This document shows positions 15,116 through 26,500 of a stretch of DNA of 64,000 nt, piece after piece (the first letter of the stretch is position 1; every line of letters begins with the position of its first letter). Origin of the DNA: Azolla caroliniana (taxonomy: Eukaryota; Plantae; Polypodiophyta); assembly GCA_043228905.1 (NCBI GenBank), contig JBHGNT010000013.1, positions 13,888,001-13,952,000 on the forward strand. Direction: 5' to 3'. A model generated the notes under the pieces. The model saw only the letters and a program-made list of their open reading frames with translations, was not told the DNA's origin and ran no database searches. The translations under genes were made by a program, and so were the position numbers.

Positions 15116-15402
15116 TTAGCTTGACATCAAAAGCTTCTAAATCCAAAAAATAAATATGACATCAAAATCTTCGAGTTTTAAATATATAAAATTTCCACAT
15201 TCTAAAAGAAAAAGTCAGAGATCATTTCAAACATAATTCCAACTCAAATTTCATCTCATCATTAAGATTTGGTTACAAATAAAATTTAAGCCTCCAAAAT
15301 TTAAGTTGCAAAAAAATCAAAAATATGTTTTGAACATAGTGGAAACTTCAAATTACACAAATTTCAAGCCACAAAAAGTTTCAAAGATCACAAGCTATCC
15401 AG

Positions 15403-16115
15403 TGTTGATTTTGAAGAGAAATGCGCGGAATATCGCTCGGCCACAACCGAGTAGTAAAACACTTCTATAAGAATCAAACACAGAAATGGGAAGTGGAGAG
15501 TACACAAGAAGAAGAATGACACAGGATGTTTACGTGGAAAACCCTAATAGGGAAAAATCACGGGAGCCCACAAAATCTGAACTATCACTATGAAGAGAAG
15601 GGGTACAATTAGAGACTCGGAGGCAACGACCTCGAGCTTTATTTCTTTGCACAGTGGCGGTTACAATAGAGTATTGCTCTCTCTCTCTCTCTCTCTCTCT
15701 CCCTCTCTCTCTGTACAACAGTTACAACAATATGACAACAACACAAACACACTCACACCCTCACACTAAAGTGATTGCCCTAAGTCATACTTATAGTTAT
15801 ATGAACTTAGGGCTATTTACAAATGTAGCCTCAATGGGCTTATTCAAGACATATTTACAAATATGTCTTCTCTTCCGGTTCTCATCGGGTCCACTGATCC
15901 GGTTCTCACCGGGTCTCCTCCAGTTTTCGGATCTCTTCTAGTTCTCACTGGGTCCTCTTTATTCATCACCGGATCCCATCCGGAGAGACCGATTTTCCCA
16001 ACAGATTTTGGAGACAAAAACCTAGAAATGAAAATTTGAATCCTTACAAAAGCAGGAATCGTGACGCATGTGGGCGGATGGAAAAAGACAACCACAGTTT
16101 TCACAACAATCAACA
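15403..16115 (-). mobile_element. Probable solo LTR (copia-like)
   Basis: 8-bp terminal inverted repeat TGTTGATT...AATCAACA; flanks TCCAG/TTCAA (two transitions); internal (CT)n tract and TTTACGTGGAAAACCC motif. Confidence 0.5.
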
Positions 16116-17040
16116 TTCAACATTCAAGTTCCTTGAAGTCAAGGTCAAGCCATCGCAATGCAACACTGAACCTTCTTAGTCTCACATATTGGCAACCGCC
16201 TCTTATCCTAACTTGCACCTGTTTGTAGTCTTCCGAATGGGATTTGGAAGTGTTTGGGCAGCTGCCAATAAGCTCGTGTGAAATGTCGAGTGTTGCACCT
16301 CTTTTCACACCAGTTTGTTGCTTCCGACTTATGGATCACGTGCCTACTTTTTTGGTTGATTTCAATGCACCTAAAACGTACACATTTTTCCTAAGATTTG
16401 TAGTGTTGCATACAATCCTTAACAACAACCTTGTTGAACGATCCTAACCCTTCATTGAGGCATTGAATAACTTCCTCAACCATTTGTATTTGTGACTTCT
16501 ATGATTCTATGTTAGATGGTTCTGCCTTTGTCTCCACGACTAGTTTTGCCTCTATCTCCACGTATGTTTCTACGATATTATCCATTCGCATTTGAGCCGC
16601 ATGATCTATAAAGGGTAACAATCCACATAGGGATGGCATATGCCTCTCAATGATGATCCAAATTCCAAGTAAATGCTTACATTTACTTGCAAGGTCTTAG
16701 CAATCATAATAAGAGCATAAGAGCGAGACATTGTACCATAGAGTAGTAGTGGCCATGCTCAATATTCTGAATCAATATTGGTCCTCATCCACAATATGCA
16801 TTGTGTTGGTATCAATCACATACTTTCCGAGTATCCTCTCGTCCTCTTTATGTCTTGACCTTTGATTCCTACAATTTACATGGGACATAAATCTACTACT
16901 CATATATTTCTTGTCGCTGCATGTACCATTCGACAATGGGCCCTCAAATACAAGTGTTGGTTTCACTATCCCCGATTAAAACATGCACAAGATTGGTAAT
17001 AGACTAGTTTATTCTTGTAAAGAATCGGGTATGATTCTTG

Positions 17041-17466
17041 TGTAGCGGAAGAGATGTGTTTTATGTGTATGTGTGAGAGGAATTAGAGGAGAGATGAGAG
17101 AACACAAGATAGATAGAAAAAGGAATACTCAAGAAGAAGGTGTATATTTCACAAGTAGAATAAGAATTACAAAATGTAGCATAACAAGGAGTCACAATCG
17201 ACCTGGTATGAAGTATGAGGAGGGCGCTTTATATAGAGTCACCCTCTCTCTTCATTAACTTACAACAACCACTCTCTCTCTTGGGGAATGTGAAGACTCA
17301 TAGTCATGGGGAATATGTAACTCATTAGTTTTGTGTCATAGAATATGATTCTATGACACATAGTTAATGTGTAGAGAGTAGTGGTGTGACTCTTGACCTT
17401 TGAGTAATCATGGATTCTTAAAAGTTGTGTTCACACGTTGCACTATGTTGAGCTTGATTCTCAACA
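17041..17466 (-). mobile_element. Orphan 3' LTR with adjacent PPT of an old LTR element, interrupted just inside by element B
   Basis: TGTAGCGGAA...TTCTCAACA, followed by ATTCTTCCTCTCAAG (minus-strand PPT GAGAGGAAGAA). TATA-like CTATATAAAG on the minus strand. No partner LTR seen in the window. Confidence 0.5.
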
Positions 17467-18149
17467 ATTCTTCCTCTCAAGACACGTTGTCGTGAAGAAA
17501 ACCGCCCACAAGAGGAATCGGAGGAACAAGGCGTGGGAAACGGCTCTGCACACACGCGCGCCAAGAAGTACATACGAGGATCCTCGGTGGGTATGCAGTT
17601 AATGCCAAACGGCCTCTTGACGGGCTATAAAAGGAAGAGGGAGAATAGAAGTGGATCATCTCGCGCGGAGAGGACGAAGTGCTGCCGAACCGATTTCGGA
17701 GCTCCTCTCTCACTCCTGCTTTCTCTGTCTTCTGCTCCATCGCGTACCTGTACAGGTTTCGAGGAGGCTTGCGCTGCTCCGTGGAACGCCCCGAGTGCGT
17801 CCTGCAGCACCTCCGACCTGTTTCCCCTTTCTGTGCGTCGCAACATACAGGGGTCGGCATCTGTTCGCCGCCCCGTTCGTTTTCGTTAGTATCTATTCCG
17901 TGCCCCACCGTGGGTTGTAATACTTTGGTCTGTTATTTTCTTGCATTCATAAGTACATATCTTTCGTTGTTGCGTCCATCTGCGTCGGCGTTTGTTTGTG
18001 ATCTCTGTTTGTTGGGCCGTGTTCCTGTGCAATCTTCGGTTCTGTGTAATCGGGTCTCTCTCTTACTCCGCTCTCTCTTGCTCTTCGGTCCAAGACCCCC
18101 GTGGTCCCTCCTCCTTTCTGCACGCAAGGGCGTAGCAACCCCGACATCT

Positions 18150-18167
18150 TGGTGAACCCGACGTGAA
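18150..18167 (+). promoter_or_regulatory. Primer-binding site complementary to tRNA-Trp(CCA)
   Basis: TGGTGAACCCGACGTGAA is the 18-nt complement of ...UUCACGUCGGGUUCACCA, the plant cytosolic tRNA-Trp 3' end as I recall it. It lies 3 nt after the LTR. The same PBS is in C (30175-30192) and D (43069-43086), and degenerate in A. Confidence 0.85.
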
Positions 18168-18189
18168 AGAGGCGGCAGAAGAGCAGGAA

Positions 18190-20316
18190 ATGAGGGGGTC
18201 GGATCTCGCAGAGGCCATGGCTTCGGCCGTGGATCGGATTGTAAACGCGCGCGAGAGCACCGGTGCCCTCGACAGAGCTATTGAGGCGGTCGTCGGCACG
18301 ATCGGCCGGTTCGATGGGAAGGATGCCACGAAGTATTTGGCGTCCTACGGTGCAGAGATGCTGATGCGGGACATTCCGGAAGAAAGGCGTCTTGCCGGAT
18401 TTCCCCGAGTGGCGATGCCGAGCATCCATGCGGAGGTGCTCGAGGTGCGGACGGAGAGCCGTACCTGGGAGGAGTTCGAAGGTCGGCTCCTAGAGAAATA
18501 CGGGCTGGACGACGCGCTCCGGCTTTCGAAGCGAAGGTTCATGGAATGGGTGGAGTCCCCGGGGAAGGGAAGAAACGCTTCGGCACTCCTCCGGGAGTTC
18601 GAGGAAAACTTTGCGCGCCTTTCGGCGCTCGACAGAACCATCCTGGACACGAGCCGGGTCTTGCTGTTTGTCAAGTCGGTCGACGAGCGGGATCGGGAGC
18701 AAGTGGGCTTCTTGCTGGAGACCGAAGACGGGCTCACTACCGACTGGGCGGCTGTCAGGAAGGTCTGTGGCCGTTTCGACAAACGGCGAGAATGGGCGGA
18801 TAACGGGGCGACCGGGTCGGGCTCGGTCGCAGCAAGGAAGCTCGAACCAGCGCCGCAGGTGCGCAAGGAAGAGACCCGGGAGTGGTTGGAAACCGGTTCG
18901 GCTTCGACCGGCGTAGTCAGAGGCTCAACCGGAGGAGCGGCGCTGGAGGAATTGACGAAGGCGATAAAGGACCTCCAAATCGCGCAGGCCCGAAGGGAAG
19001 GAGGCGAACCGGCTCGTGACCGACGGCCGGCGGCAGGAAACAGGTGCATGTGGTGCGATGAAGTCGGCCACATTCGGAAGGACTGCGGCGACTTCGCGGA
19101 GGCGCTGAGGAACAGGGTGGTGTACCTGTGGGAAGGACGGGTGCATGCCAGCGACACCCGAAGGGCCCTGAGCCGAAACGACGGAAAAGGCGGTATGAAA
19201 AGGGTGATGGAAGAGGCGGCGGCCCGACACGCGGAAACCGTCCACTACTCGGCGTCAGCCGGCATTCGAGTCGGGGGCGGCGAGGCCCGGGGGGAAAGCA
19301 AAGCCGGATTCTGGCCGACGATGCTGGAAGGCCTTGCCGGTGCAGGGCTTAAAAGGGAGGAATCGGACCGTGCGGAGAAACGGGTACGGGAGATGACCGG
19401 GTGGAGCGACCCGGTCGAGGAAAAGACGGGCTTCGTGGAAGCCGCTTGCCGGAACTACGAGGCTCTGGTAGAAGAGAAGCGGGTGGGGAAACCCGGGACG
19501 ACCGGGCCCTCACAACGATACGAGACCCGGTCCGGGCCACGACGGGACGAAGCCGGCGGGGCCGGTACGCGAGATAAACCCCAGAAGGGCGGGTACCGTC
19601 TGGGGACGGAGATAGAAAGAACCACGGACTTACGAAAGGTCCTGGAGGAACGGATCCTCGACAGCAAGGTGGAGCTGTCGTTACGAGAGGTGCTGGGAAT
19701 CGCCAAGAAGGAGTTCCACGACTCCATCGTGGACTTGGTGAAACGGAAGAGGCTGTCGACGGAGACAGAACCGGAAAGACCGGTGGAAGTGCGGACGACG
19801 CACCTAGACGACATGGCGCTGGGAGACGAGTGGGCGGAAAGCCACTATTCGAGACCACATTGGGCCCGAGCGACCACGGAAACCCCGGTGAAGATCGGCG
19901 ATGTCCAGGAACCGGTGGTAGCTTTAGTAGACCACGGATCGGAGATCAATTTGATGTCCATGGACTTCTATAAGAAGGGCAAATGGCCGATCAACACCAA
20001 GCACGGGTGGAAAATAAGGGCAGCAACGCGCGCCACCGAGGAACTGCACGGGGCCTGTCCGAATGTGCGAGTCAAGATCGGCGACGTCGAGATTGACCAG
20101 CACTTCTTCGTGCAGGAGACGTCTTCGCATCCGGTCATTCTGGGAGAGCCGTACATCACGGCGGCGCGAATGGAGACCAAGGTGCTGGACAATGGTTCGG
20201 CCTATGCGCGGGTCAAGAGCCAGGACGGGCGCCATTCGGTCCAGTTTTTGACGGTTAGGCCGAACCACGAGCGTAACCGCGACTCCCTCGGTTCCGATAA
20301 CCGAGAGGATTTTTAG
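18190..20316 (+). CDS. Gag-protease polyprotein of element B (capsid, CCHC knuckle, aspartic protease)
   Basis: First ATG after the PBS is 18190 (the track's 18163 GTG lies inside the PBS). Zinc knuckle CMWCDEVGHIRKDC; protease ALVDHGSE...VILGEP; ends GAG GAT TTT TAG. Confidence 0.95.
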   Translation: MRGSDLAEAMASAVDRIVNARESTGALDRAIEAVVGTIGRFDGKDATKYLASYGAEMLMRDIPEERRLAGFPRVAMPSIHAEVLEVRTESRTWEEFEGRLLEKYGLDDALRLSKRRFMEWVESPGKGRNASALLREFEENFARLSALDRTILDTSRVLLFVKSVDERDREQVGFLLETEDGLTTDWAAVRKVCGRFDKRREWADNGATGSGSVAARKLEPAPQVRKEETREWLETGSASTGVVRGSTGGAALEELTKAIKDLQIAQARREGGEPARDRRPAAGNRCMWCDEVGHIRKDCGDFAEALRNRVVYLWEGRVHASDTRRALSRNDGKGGMKRVMEEAAARHAETVHYSASAGIRVGGGEARGESKAGFWPTMLEGLAGAGLKREESDRAEKRVREMTGWSDPVEEKTGFVEAACRNYEALVEEKRVGKPGTTGPSQRYETRSGPRRDEAGGAGTRDKPQKGGYRLGTEIERTTDLRKVLEERILDSKVELSLREVLGIAKKEFHDSIVDLVKRKRLSTETEPERPVEVRTTHLDDMALGDEWAESHYSRPHWARATTETPVKIGDVQEPVVALVDHGSEINLMSMDFYKKGKWPINTKHGWKIRAATRATEELHGACPNVRVKIGDVEIDQHFFVQETSSHPVILGEPYITAARMETKVLDNGSAYARVKSQDGRHSVQFLTVRPNHERNRDSLGSDNREDF

Positions 20317-20372
20317 AGAGGACTGCCAAGGCGTGGGGCCGCGACAGTCCGGATGCTCCGGGAAAACCCCAC
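20307..20372 (+). promoter_or_regulatory. Putative -1 programmed ribosomal frameshift signal (G GAU UUU plus stem/pseudoknot)
   Basis: The heptamer lies in the only 16-nt overlap of the two frames. After a 6-nt spacer comes stem GGACTG/CAGTCC; loop GTGGGG is complementary to CCCCAC at 20367-20372. Conserved in A (11376-11441, -) and D (40864-40929, -). Confidence 0.8.
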
Positions 20373-23300
20373 ATTTGTACGATAAAACCGTGTACGACAG
20401 GTAGGGTATTTTGCTTCTCCGACAGCGGAGCGTGTACGATAGTCGGCATCGGCGGCCGAGAGAAGACAAAGGCGGAGGGGAGACTTCGAGCGTGCGGAGT
20501 TCTCGGCCCTGACGAGGAAATCAGCGGAGCCGTGGAGGCGGTCTCATTCGACGACACCTTGGGGACGCTGGGAAAGGTGGTCGAAGAAGGCCTTAACGAA
20601 GACCGGACGATACCGGTGTGTTCCGAGGAGATGTACGGAGTCATCGCGGACTTCGGTCGAGGACTCGAGTCAGTTCGGACGGCCCGCGTAAACACCAAGT
20701 ACAAGACTGTGGACCGGAAGGTAAGGGCAGTCGCGGCACCCTTACCGGAGGACAGCGCGTCGAGAATCAAAGGGGTTGCATCGGACCCTAGTCTACGAGA
20801 TCCGGCCTGCATAGGGCACACCTTCACCGACGAGACGCTCCGAGAGCTCAAAATAGGTGGGGGCGGGTTCCTACTGCCGGCGGAGGAAGACCGGTTTCGG
20901 AGAATGCTCGGAAGGCACGGGAAAGCCTTCGCATTCTCGCCGGAGGAAATCGGGTGCGTTGACCCGACGATCGTGGAGCCATTGGTGATATTCACGGTAC
21001 CGCATGTACCATGGAATCTCAAGCCAATCCCGGTTCCGAGAGCTCACATCCCGAAGTTGATGGAGCTGCTGAGGCAGAAAGTTGATATGGGAATTCTCGA
21101 GCCGTCGAGCGCCCCATATTCGAATCGATGGTTCACCGTACCGAAGAAAAACGGTTCGTTGCGCTTCATCCAGGACCTGCAGCCGGTCAATCGAGTGACC
21201 ATTCGGAACGCAGGGATCGGACCGACCATAGACGAGTTCGCGGAGGCCTTCGCCGGAAGGTCAATTTACTCGGTCGGGGATCTATACTCAGGGTACGACC
21301 AGTTCCAGCTAGCCGTGGAGAGCAGAGACATTACGACGATGCGAACTCCCCTCGGCCTAGTTCGGATGTGTACACTGCCGCAAGGAGGGACCAACTCGGT
21401 GGCCCACATGGTGAATGCGATGAACAAGGTTCTGAGGGACTGTATCCCGGACATCACCATGCCGTTTCTGGACGACATTCCGATCAAGGGATGCCCGGTG
21501 GAAGAAAGGGACGAGACGATCGGGCCGGACGGATGCCGGCGATTCGTGGCGACGCACATCGACGACTGCGAGAAGGTGCTGCAAAGGCTAGAGGATGCGA
21601 GACTCACCTTCTCCGGGGAGAAGTCGGCCTTCGGGCAGTCAGAAATCATGGTGGTCGGACACCTGTGCGGACCATATGGCCGGAAACCGTCTCCGGCAAA
21701 GGTAGAAGCCATCTCCGCGATGAAGCCCGACTGCAGCTCGGTCACGGAAGTACGGAGATTCCTGGGGGCATGCGCGTTCTACCACATATGGATCCCGCAT
21801 TACGCACACGTCGCGGAGCCACTGTACGGGTTGCTGAAAAAGGGGCGAAGGTTCGAATGGCTGGACGAGCACGCGGAATCGGTCCGGAAGCTGAAAGAGG
21901 CCCTTGCAGCGGCACCGGCACTCCGGAAGGCGGTATACGGGAAGGGCACCCCGGTATTCATAACGGTGGATACCAGTCCGACCGGGATCGGATGGGTCGT
22001 GAACCAGGAAGACGAGGACGGCAATCGGTTTCCGATCCGATTCGGCGCGAAAGTCCTCAGTGAACGGCAGCGAGGATACGCCCAGGTTAAACGCGAACTC
22101 TGGGGTATTGTTTCGGCGGTTAAGGCCGACAAAGATTACCTGATAGGGACAGAAGTGATCATCGAGACGGATTGCCTGCCGATTCTCGGTATGGTTTCCG
22201 GATGCGCGACTCCGGACCTGGCGATGCTCAGGTGGATAGCGTACATCAAGTCCCTGGACCCGGAAATACGACACATTTCCGGGAAAGACAACGCCATGGC
22301 CGACATGCTTTCGAGGGCGAGGTTCGACGACGAGGGCGGCATGGTTTCGGAAGACGAAGAAGTCGGCGTGGATTTCTTCGAGGCGGCATACATAACGACC
22401 GACGGGATGAGCACTCCGGCGCTTAACGAGTTCGACGCGAGCAAGTACGACGGGGAGTGGCTGCAGATCGGCGGGTTTTTGAAGACAATGACGCCCGATG
22501 CGTCATGGACGAAGGACGAGGCCAACCGGATCCGGAAGAAAGCATATCGATTCTTTCTCCGAGATGGGCATTTGTGGAAGCACCCGAAGAAGAGGAACGG
22601 CGTCCCGCTCCGGGTGGTGGCGATGAAGGAAGAACAGGAGGAGCTACTGGCGGCCCACCACGACAGCCCTTGGGCTGGACACCGTGGAACGTGGGCGACA
22701 TTTGAGAAGCTGAAGGGGAAGTACTGGTGGCCGGGATTGTACCGGGACGTGCATCGGTTCGTGTCAACTTGCGAGAGTTGTCAGATGCACTCGATAGTCC
22801 GACACCGGGACGGGCTTCGCCCTACGTACCCTCCGACTATCCACTTCAAATGGATGGTAGATCTGGTGACGATGCCGATGGGGGTAGGACAGATGCGGTA
22901 TCTGGTCCTAGCGCGGGAAGACCTGACGAACCAGGTGGAAGGCCGAGCCCTTCAGAACAAGACGACCGCGGCCGTGTGTCGGTTCCTAATCGAGGACGTG
23001 ATATGCCGGTACGGGTGCGTCGGGAAGATCGTGGCTGACCGAGGGGAGTTGGACGCCAAAGAAGCCGCGGAGCTGTTCGACCGGCTGGGGGTCAAGCTCT
23101 CGCTCACCACTGCGTACAATCCGGAGGCGAATGGAAAGGTGGAGCGCGGACACGGACCGATCGTCAAGGCGTTGGTTCGGGCATGCGGAGGCCGAATCGG
23201 TGACTGGCCGCGGCTCCTACCTTATGCTTTGTGGGCAGACCGGACCACGCACAGTTCGGTAACCGGGTACATGCCGACAGAGCTCATGTTCGGCCAGAAG

Positions 23301-23795
23301 CCGATCATGCCGATTGAACGGACGATCTCCTCGTGGGCAACGGTCGACTGGAGGGACGAGATGAGCCGGGAGGAGTTGTTGGCCGCGCGTATACGACAGC
23401 TCGAGCGGAGACCGGAGGACGTGGCACTGGCTACGGAGAAGCTCCGGGTGGCGAGGACAAAGAACAAAGCCCGGTTCGACCGAACGCACCGGCTACGACC
23501 GAAGAAAATCGACGAAGGTGACTGGGTGCTCGTCTACGACAGCAGCCTCGACAACCAGCACCGAGCAACGCGGAAGTTCGCACAGAGATGGTTCGGGCCG
23601 TACACGGTACAGAGCGCCAACGACAACGGGACGTATCATCTGGCGGAACTCGACGGTACGAGAATAGCGATACCCGTGGCCGGGAAGAGGATCAAAGCTT
23701 TCAAGAAGCGGCACGACGACGAACCCGACCCGATTCTCCTGGACAGCAGCGACGACCGATCCGAGGCCGAGAAAGGGCCGGCAGGCGAAGAGTAA
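20307..23795 (+). CDS. Pol (RT-RNase H-integrase) of element B, in the -1 frame relative to gag
   Basis: Frame is open from the TAA at 20298-20300 to the TAA at 23795. RT LPQG..PFLDD; RNase H VDTS/RELWG/ETDC/ADMLSR; integrase HHCC (H-DSPWAGH..CESC), DDE core and WFGPY; no chromodomain. Confidence 0.95.
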   Translation, partial: GFLERTAKAWGRDSPDAPGKPHICTIKPCTTGRVFCFSDSGACTIVGIGGREKTKAEGRLRACGVLGPDEEISGAVEAVSFDDTLGTLGKVVEEGLNEDRTIPVCSEEMYGVIADFGRGLESVRTARVNTKYKTVDRKVRAVAAPLPEDSASRIKGVASDPSLRDPACIGHTFTDETLRELKIGGGGFLLPAEEDRFRRMLGRHGKAFAFSPEEIGCVDPTIVEPLVIFTVPHVPWNLKPIPVPRAHIPKLMELLRQKVDMGILEPSSAPYSNRWFTVPKKNGSLRFIQDLQPVNRVTIRNAGIGPTIDEFAEAFAGRSIYSVGDLYSGYDQFQLAVESRDITTMRTPLGLVRMCTLPQGGTNSVAHMVNAMNKVLRDCIPDITMPFLDDIPIKGCPVEERDETIGPDGCRRFVATHIDDCEKVLQRLEDARLTFSGEKSAFGQSEIMVVGHLCGPYGRKPSPAKVEAISAMKPDCSSVTEVRRFLGACAFYHIWIPHYAHVAEPLYGLLKKGRRFEWLDEHAESVRKLKEALAAAPALRKAVYGKGTPVFITVDTSPTGIGWVVNQEDEDGNRFPIRFGAKVLSERQRGYAQVKRELWGIVSAVKADKDYLIGTEVIIETDCLPILGMVSGCATPDLAMLRWIAYIKSLDPEIRHISGKDNAMADMLSRARFDDEGGMVSEDEEVGVDFFEAAYITTDGMSTPALNEFDASKYDGEWLQIGGFLKTMTPDASWTKDEANRIRKKAYRFFLRDGHLWKHPKKRNGVPLRVVAMKEEQEELLAAHHDSPWAGHRGTWATFEKLKGKYWWPGLYRDVHRFVSTCESCQMHSIVRHRDGLRPTYPPTIHFKWMVDLVTMPMGVGQMRYLVLAREDLTNQVEGRALQNKTTAAVCRFLIEDVICRYGCVGKIVADRGELDAKEAAELFDRLGVKLSLTTAYNPEANGKVERGHGPIVKALVRACGGRIGDWPRLLPYALWADRTTHSSVTGYMPTELMFGQKPIMPIERTISSWATVDWRDEMSREELLAARIRQLERRPEDVALATEKLRVARTKNKARFDRTHRLRPKKIDEGDWVLVYDSSLDNQHRATRKFAQRWFGPYTVQSANDNGTYHLAELDGTRIAIPVAGKRIKAFKKRHDDEPDPILLDSSDDRSEAEKGPAGEE

Positions 23796-26500
23796 AGGCG
23801 GGCCGGTTTTCTCCGTGCCAACTTAATTTGGCGCATACCGGTGGATGCGCGGTTAGGTGGGGGCGGATGTCGTGAAGAAAACCGCCCACAAGAGGAATCG
23901 GAGGAACAAGGCGTGGGAAACGGCTCTGCACACACGCGCGCCAAGAAGTACATACGAGGATCCTCGGTGGGTATGCAGTTAATGCCAAACGGCCTCTTGA
24001 CGGGCTATAAAAGGAAGAGGGAGAATAGAAGTGGATCATCTCGCGCGGAGAGGACGAAGTGCTGCCGAACCGATTTCGGAGCTCCTCTCTCACTCCTGCT
24101 TTCTCTGTCTTCTGCTCCATCGCGTACCTGTACAGGTTTCGAGGAGGCTTGCGCTGCTCCGTGGAACGCCCCGAGTGCGTCCTGCAGCACCTCCGACCTG
24201 TTTCCCCTTTCTGTGCGTCGCAACATACAGGGGTCGGCATCTGTTCGCCGCCCCGTTCGTTTTCGTTAGTATCTATTCCGTGCCCCACCGTGGGTTGTAA
24301 TACTTTGGTCTGTTATTTTCTTGCATTCATAAGTACATATCTTTCGTTGTTGCGTCCATCTGCGTCGGCGTTTGTTTGTGATCTCTGTTTGTTGGGCCGT
24401 GTTCCTGTGCAATCTTCGGTTCTGTGTAATCGGGTCTCTCTCTTACTCCGCTCTCTCTTGCTCTTCGGTCCAAGACCCCCGTGGTCCCTCCTCCTTTCTG
24501 CACGCAAGGGCGTAGCAACCCCGACAACGTAACTACCAATTTCTCTCCACAATATTGGTATTGTACTTTTTCCTTTTTCAAAATTCGATTGCTCCTCTTC
24601 CTCTATCTTTAGCCCTCTTGGAATCACTGCATTAATGCCACGTACTTTCCACAAATGTGCCTCATCTCCATTTTCTTCTGACACCATAGTTGGGTTTGTC
24701 GTCATGACTTATAGATTATATATGTCTGAGATTTGATCCCCATTGAATCTTGGCCACACTTGAAGAGGAGAGTGGGTCACATAAATCTAGTGTCAAAGTG
24801 TTAGTGATGACATATGCATTAGATTAAACTAATATATATGTAATTGTAACCAATATATTTAATGTGAAAGTGGTGGTTATGATATATGCCATATATTTTA
24901 AATTGCACTAATCTTGAGATTCATAGTTACATAAGATTCGTATGCATTGGCAAATTATAATTTGAGCTTTTCCATCCATTGGTCTTTTGTTGAGTTATAT
25001 ATTCCCATCTCGTCATTTGTGAGCTTGGCAACGGAATTTGACTTGTGTAGGTTCAAAGTTCTTTCGAACTTGCACTTCGATTTCTTCGTTTTCTTTTCTT
25101 CTTCGACTCTTATTTGTCTAGGTTTTGACGCTCAAGCGGAGGCAACAAGGAGGCGTCAACCTAGCACACATGTCATTCGTAGGTAGGATGGAGTGGCAAG
25201 AGAACAACACTACCCCGATTTGAGGCATTGTAGCCGTTAGAGGTAGTTGTAGTCTCGACGGCCCACTCGACTCACATACACTAGAAGCATGACTCCTCTC
25301 ACTCCCATCTATTGCTTGAGCTCGTGGTTAATTTGAGGTTGTCCCCGTTGTAACCCCTTCACCCTTTGTAACTTGTATACATTGTTGTAAAGAATTATGT
25401 AAGTAAGCAAGGGTTAATTAGTACCTAATTATGTGATTAAGTTAAGCGAAAGATTAAGAGATATGTGTGTGTGTATGTGTGTGAGAGGAAGAGAGAGAGA
25501 AATACACTTATGAGCAACACAAGATGGAGGATGATTAACTCTATATTAAATTAACATCATCAAATACAAAAATACCCACAATGAGGTATATATAGATCTC
25601 ATGTGCAAGGGTGCACATGTGTGATGAGAATATAGGTACAAGGGTGTAAATCCTATATTAAATGTACTTGGGAGTGGAGGATCTAGAATATCTTACATAA
25701 GTACAAGGTCCTATTTAAGGCGTTATAGGACTCAACACTTCTAACTAGATTCTATTTAGGTAACTACAAAGCTAAATGGTTGACCAACTAACTAAACTAA
25801 GTTGAGCTTGATCTCTTAACACGCCCCTTCAAGCTCAAGTGTGAGGCGTTCGACATCCGGTTCTACTTTCGGCATTGTCTAGGGCTTTTGATGTCGACTT
25901 CTATGGCGTCGATATTGTCGTGGCAGTTTCGGTTCCTCCACCTCAAGCTTGTGACGAAGGCTTGGGTCAACTACTTTCACCCATCGTGGGTCACGAGCCA
26001 CTTTTGTAGAGCTCTCGGGCTCTTGTTCGGCCGCTACCTTCATCACAAAAGCATATTGATGGGCCATGTACTCATTGTAGCCGAGCCGAGGGACGAGATT
26101 CATCTGTCTAGAAGAACGTCAAAGTCTTTCGCTCGCAGATGTAAGCGCATTCTTTACTCCAGGTGTCCGCATGATGGGTACACCAAACTCACTGTCTAGT
26201 GAGGGAGCCGACACATCTAAATCACTGTCATCATGGTGATCGACTTCATATTCCAGCATCCTACCTTTGCCTTTATCAAAGATCGTACTTCGTTGCGACG
26301 TGCTTGGAAGGCTTGAAGGCTCGTGTGGTCCACTTAGCTCGGTAGATCTTGGATGGTCCTTTGGTGAAGGGCTTGGCCGAATATCATCCTTTGAGTTGAC
26401 ATTCAACTCTTCCTTGGTCGGGTCGGGTGGAGTCGAATTAGGCTTATACCATGATGCCGATTCGTCGAAAACTACATCTCCACTTATCCAAACCTCTCGG

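Larger units (their letters stand above)
17488..24526 (+). mobile_element. Element B: intact 7039-bp Ty3/gypsy LTR retrotransposon without chromodomain
   Basis: 659-bp LTRs 17488-18146 and 23868-24526, identical by eye. Perfect 4-bp TSD ACGT (17484-17487 / 24527-24530); PBS 18150-18167; PPT 23851-23867; two uninterrupted ORFs. Confidence 0.98.

Noticed and set aside
20532-20534. Independent start of pol at the track's GTG
   Set aside because: Non-ATG start, and the frame is open back to the slippery site, so frameshifting is the simpler explanation.
18345-23953. Many 100-311-aa antisense or alternative-frame ORFs over B (mirrored in D and A)
   Set aside because: Shadow ORFs expected in GC-rich coding DNA; no recognisable motifs. 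Their duplication only reflects B/D identity.
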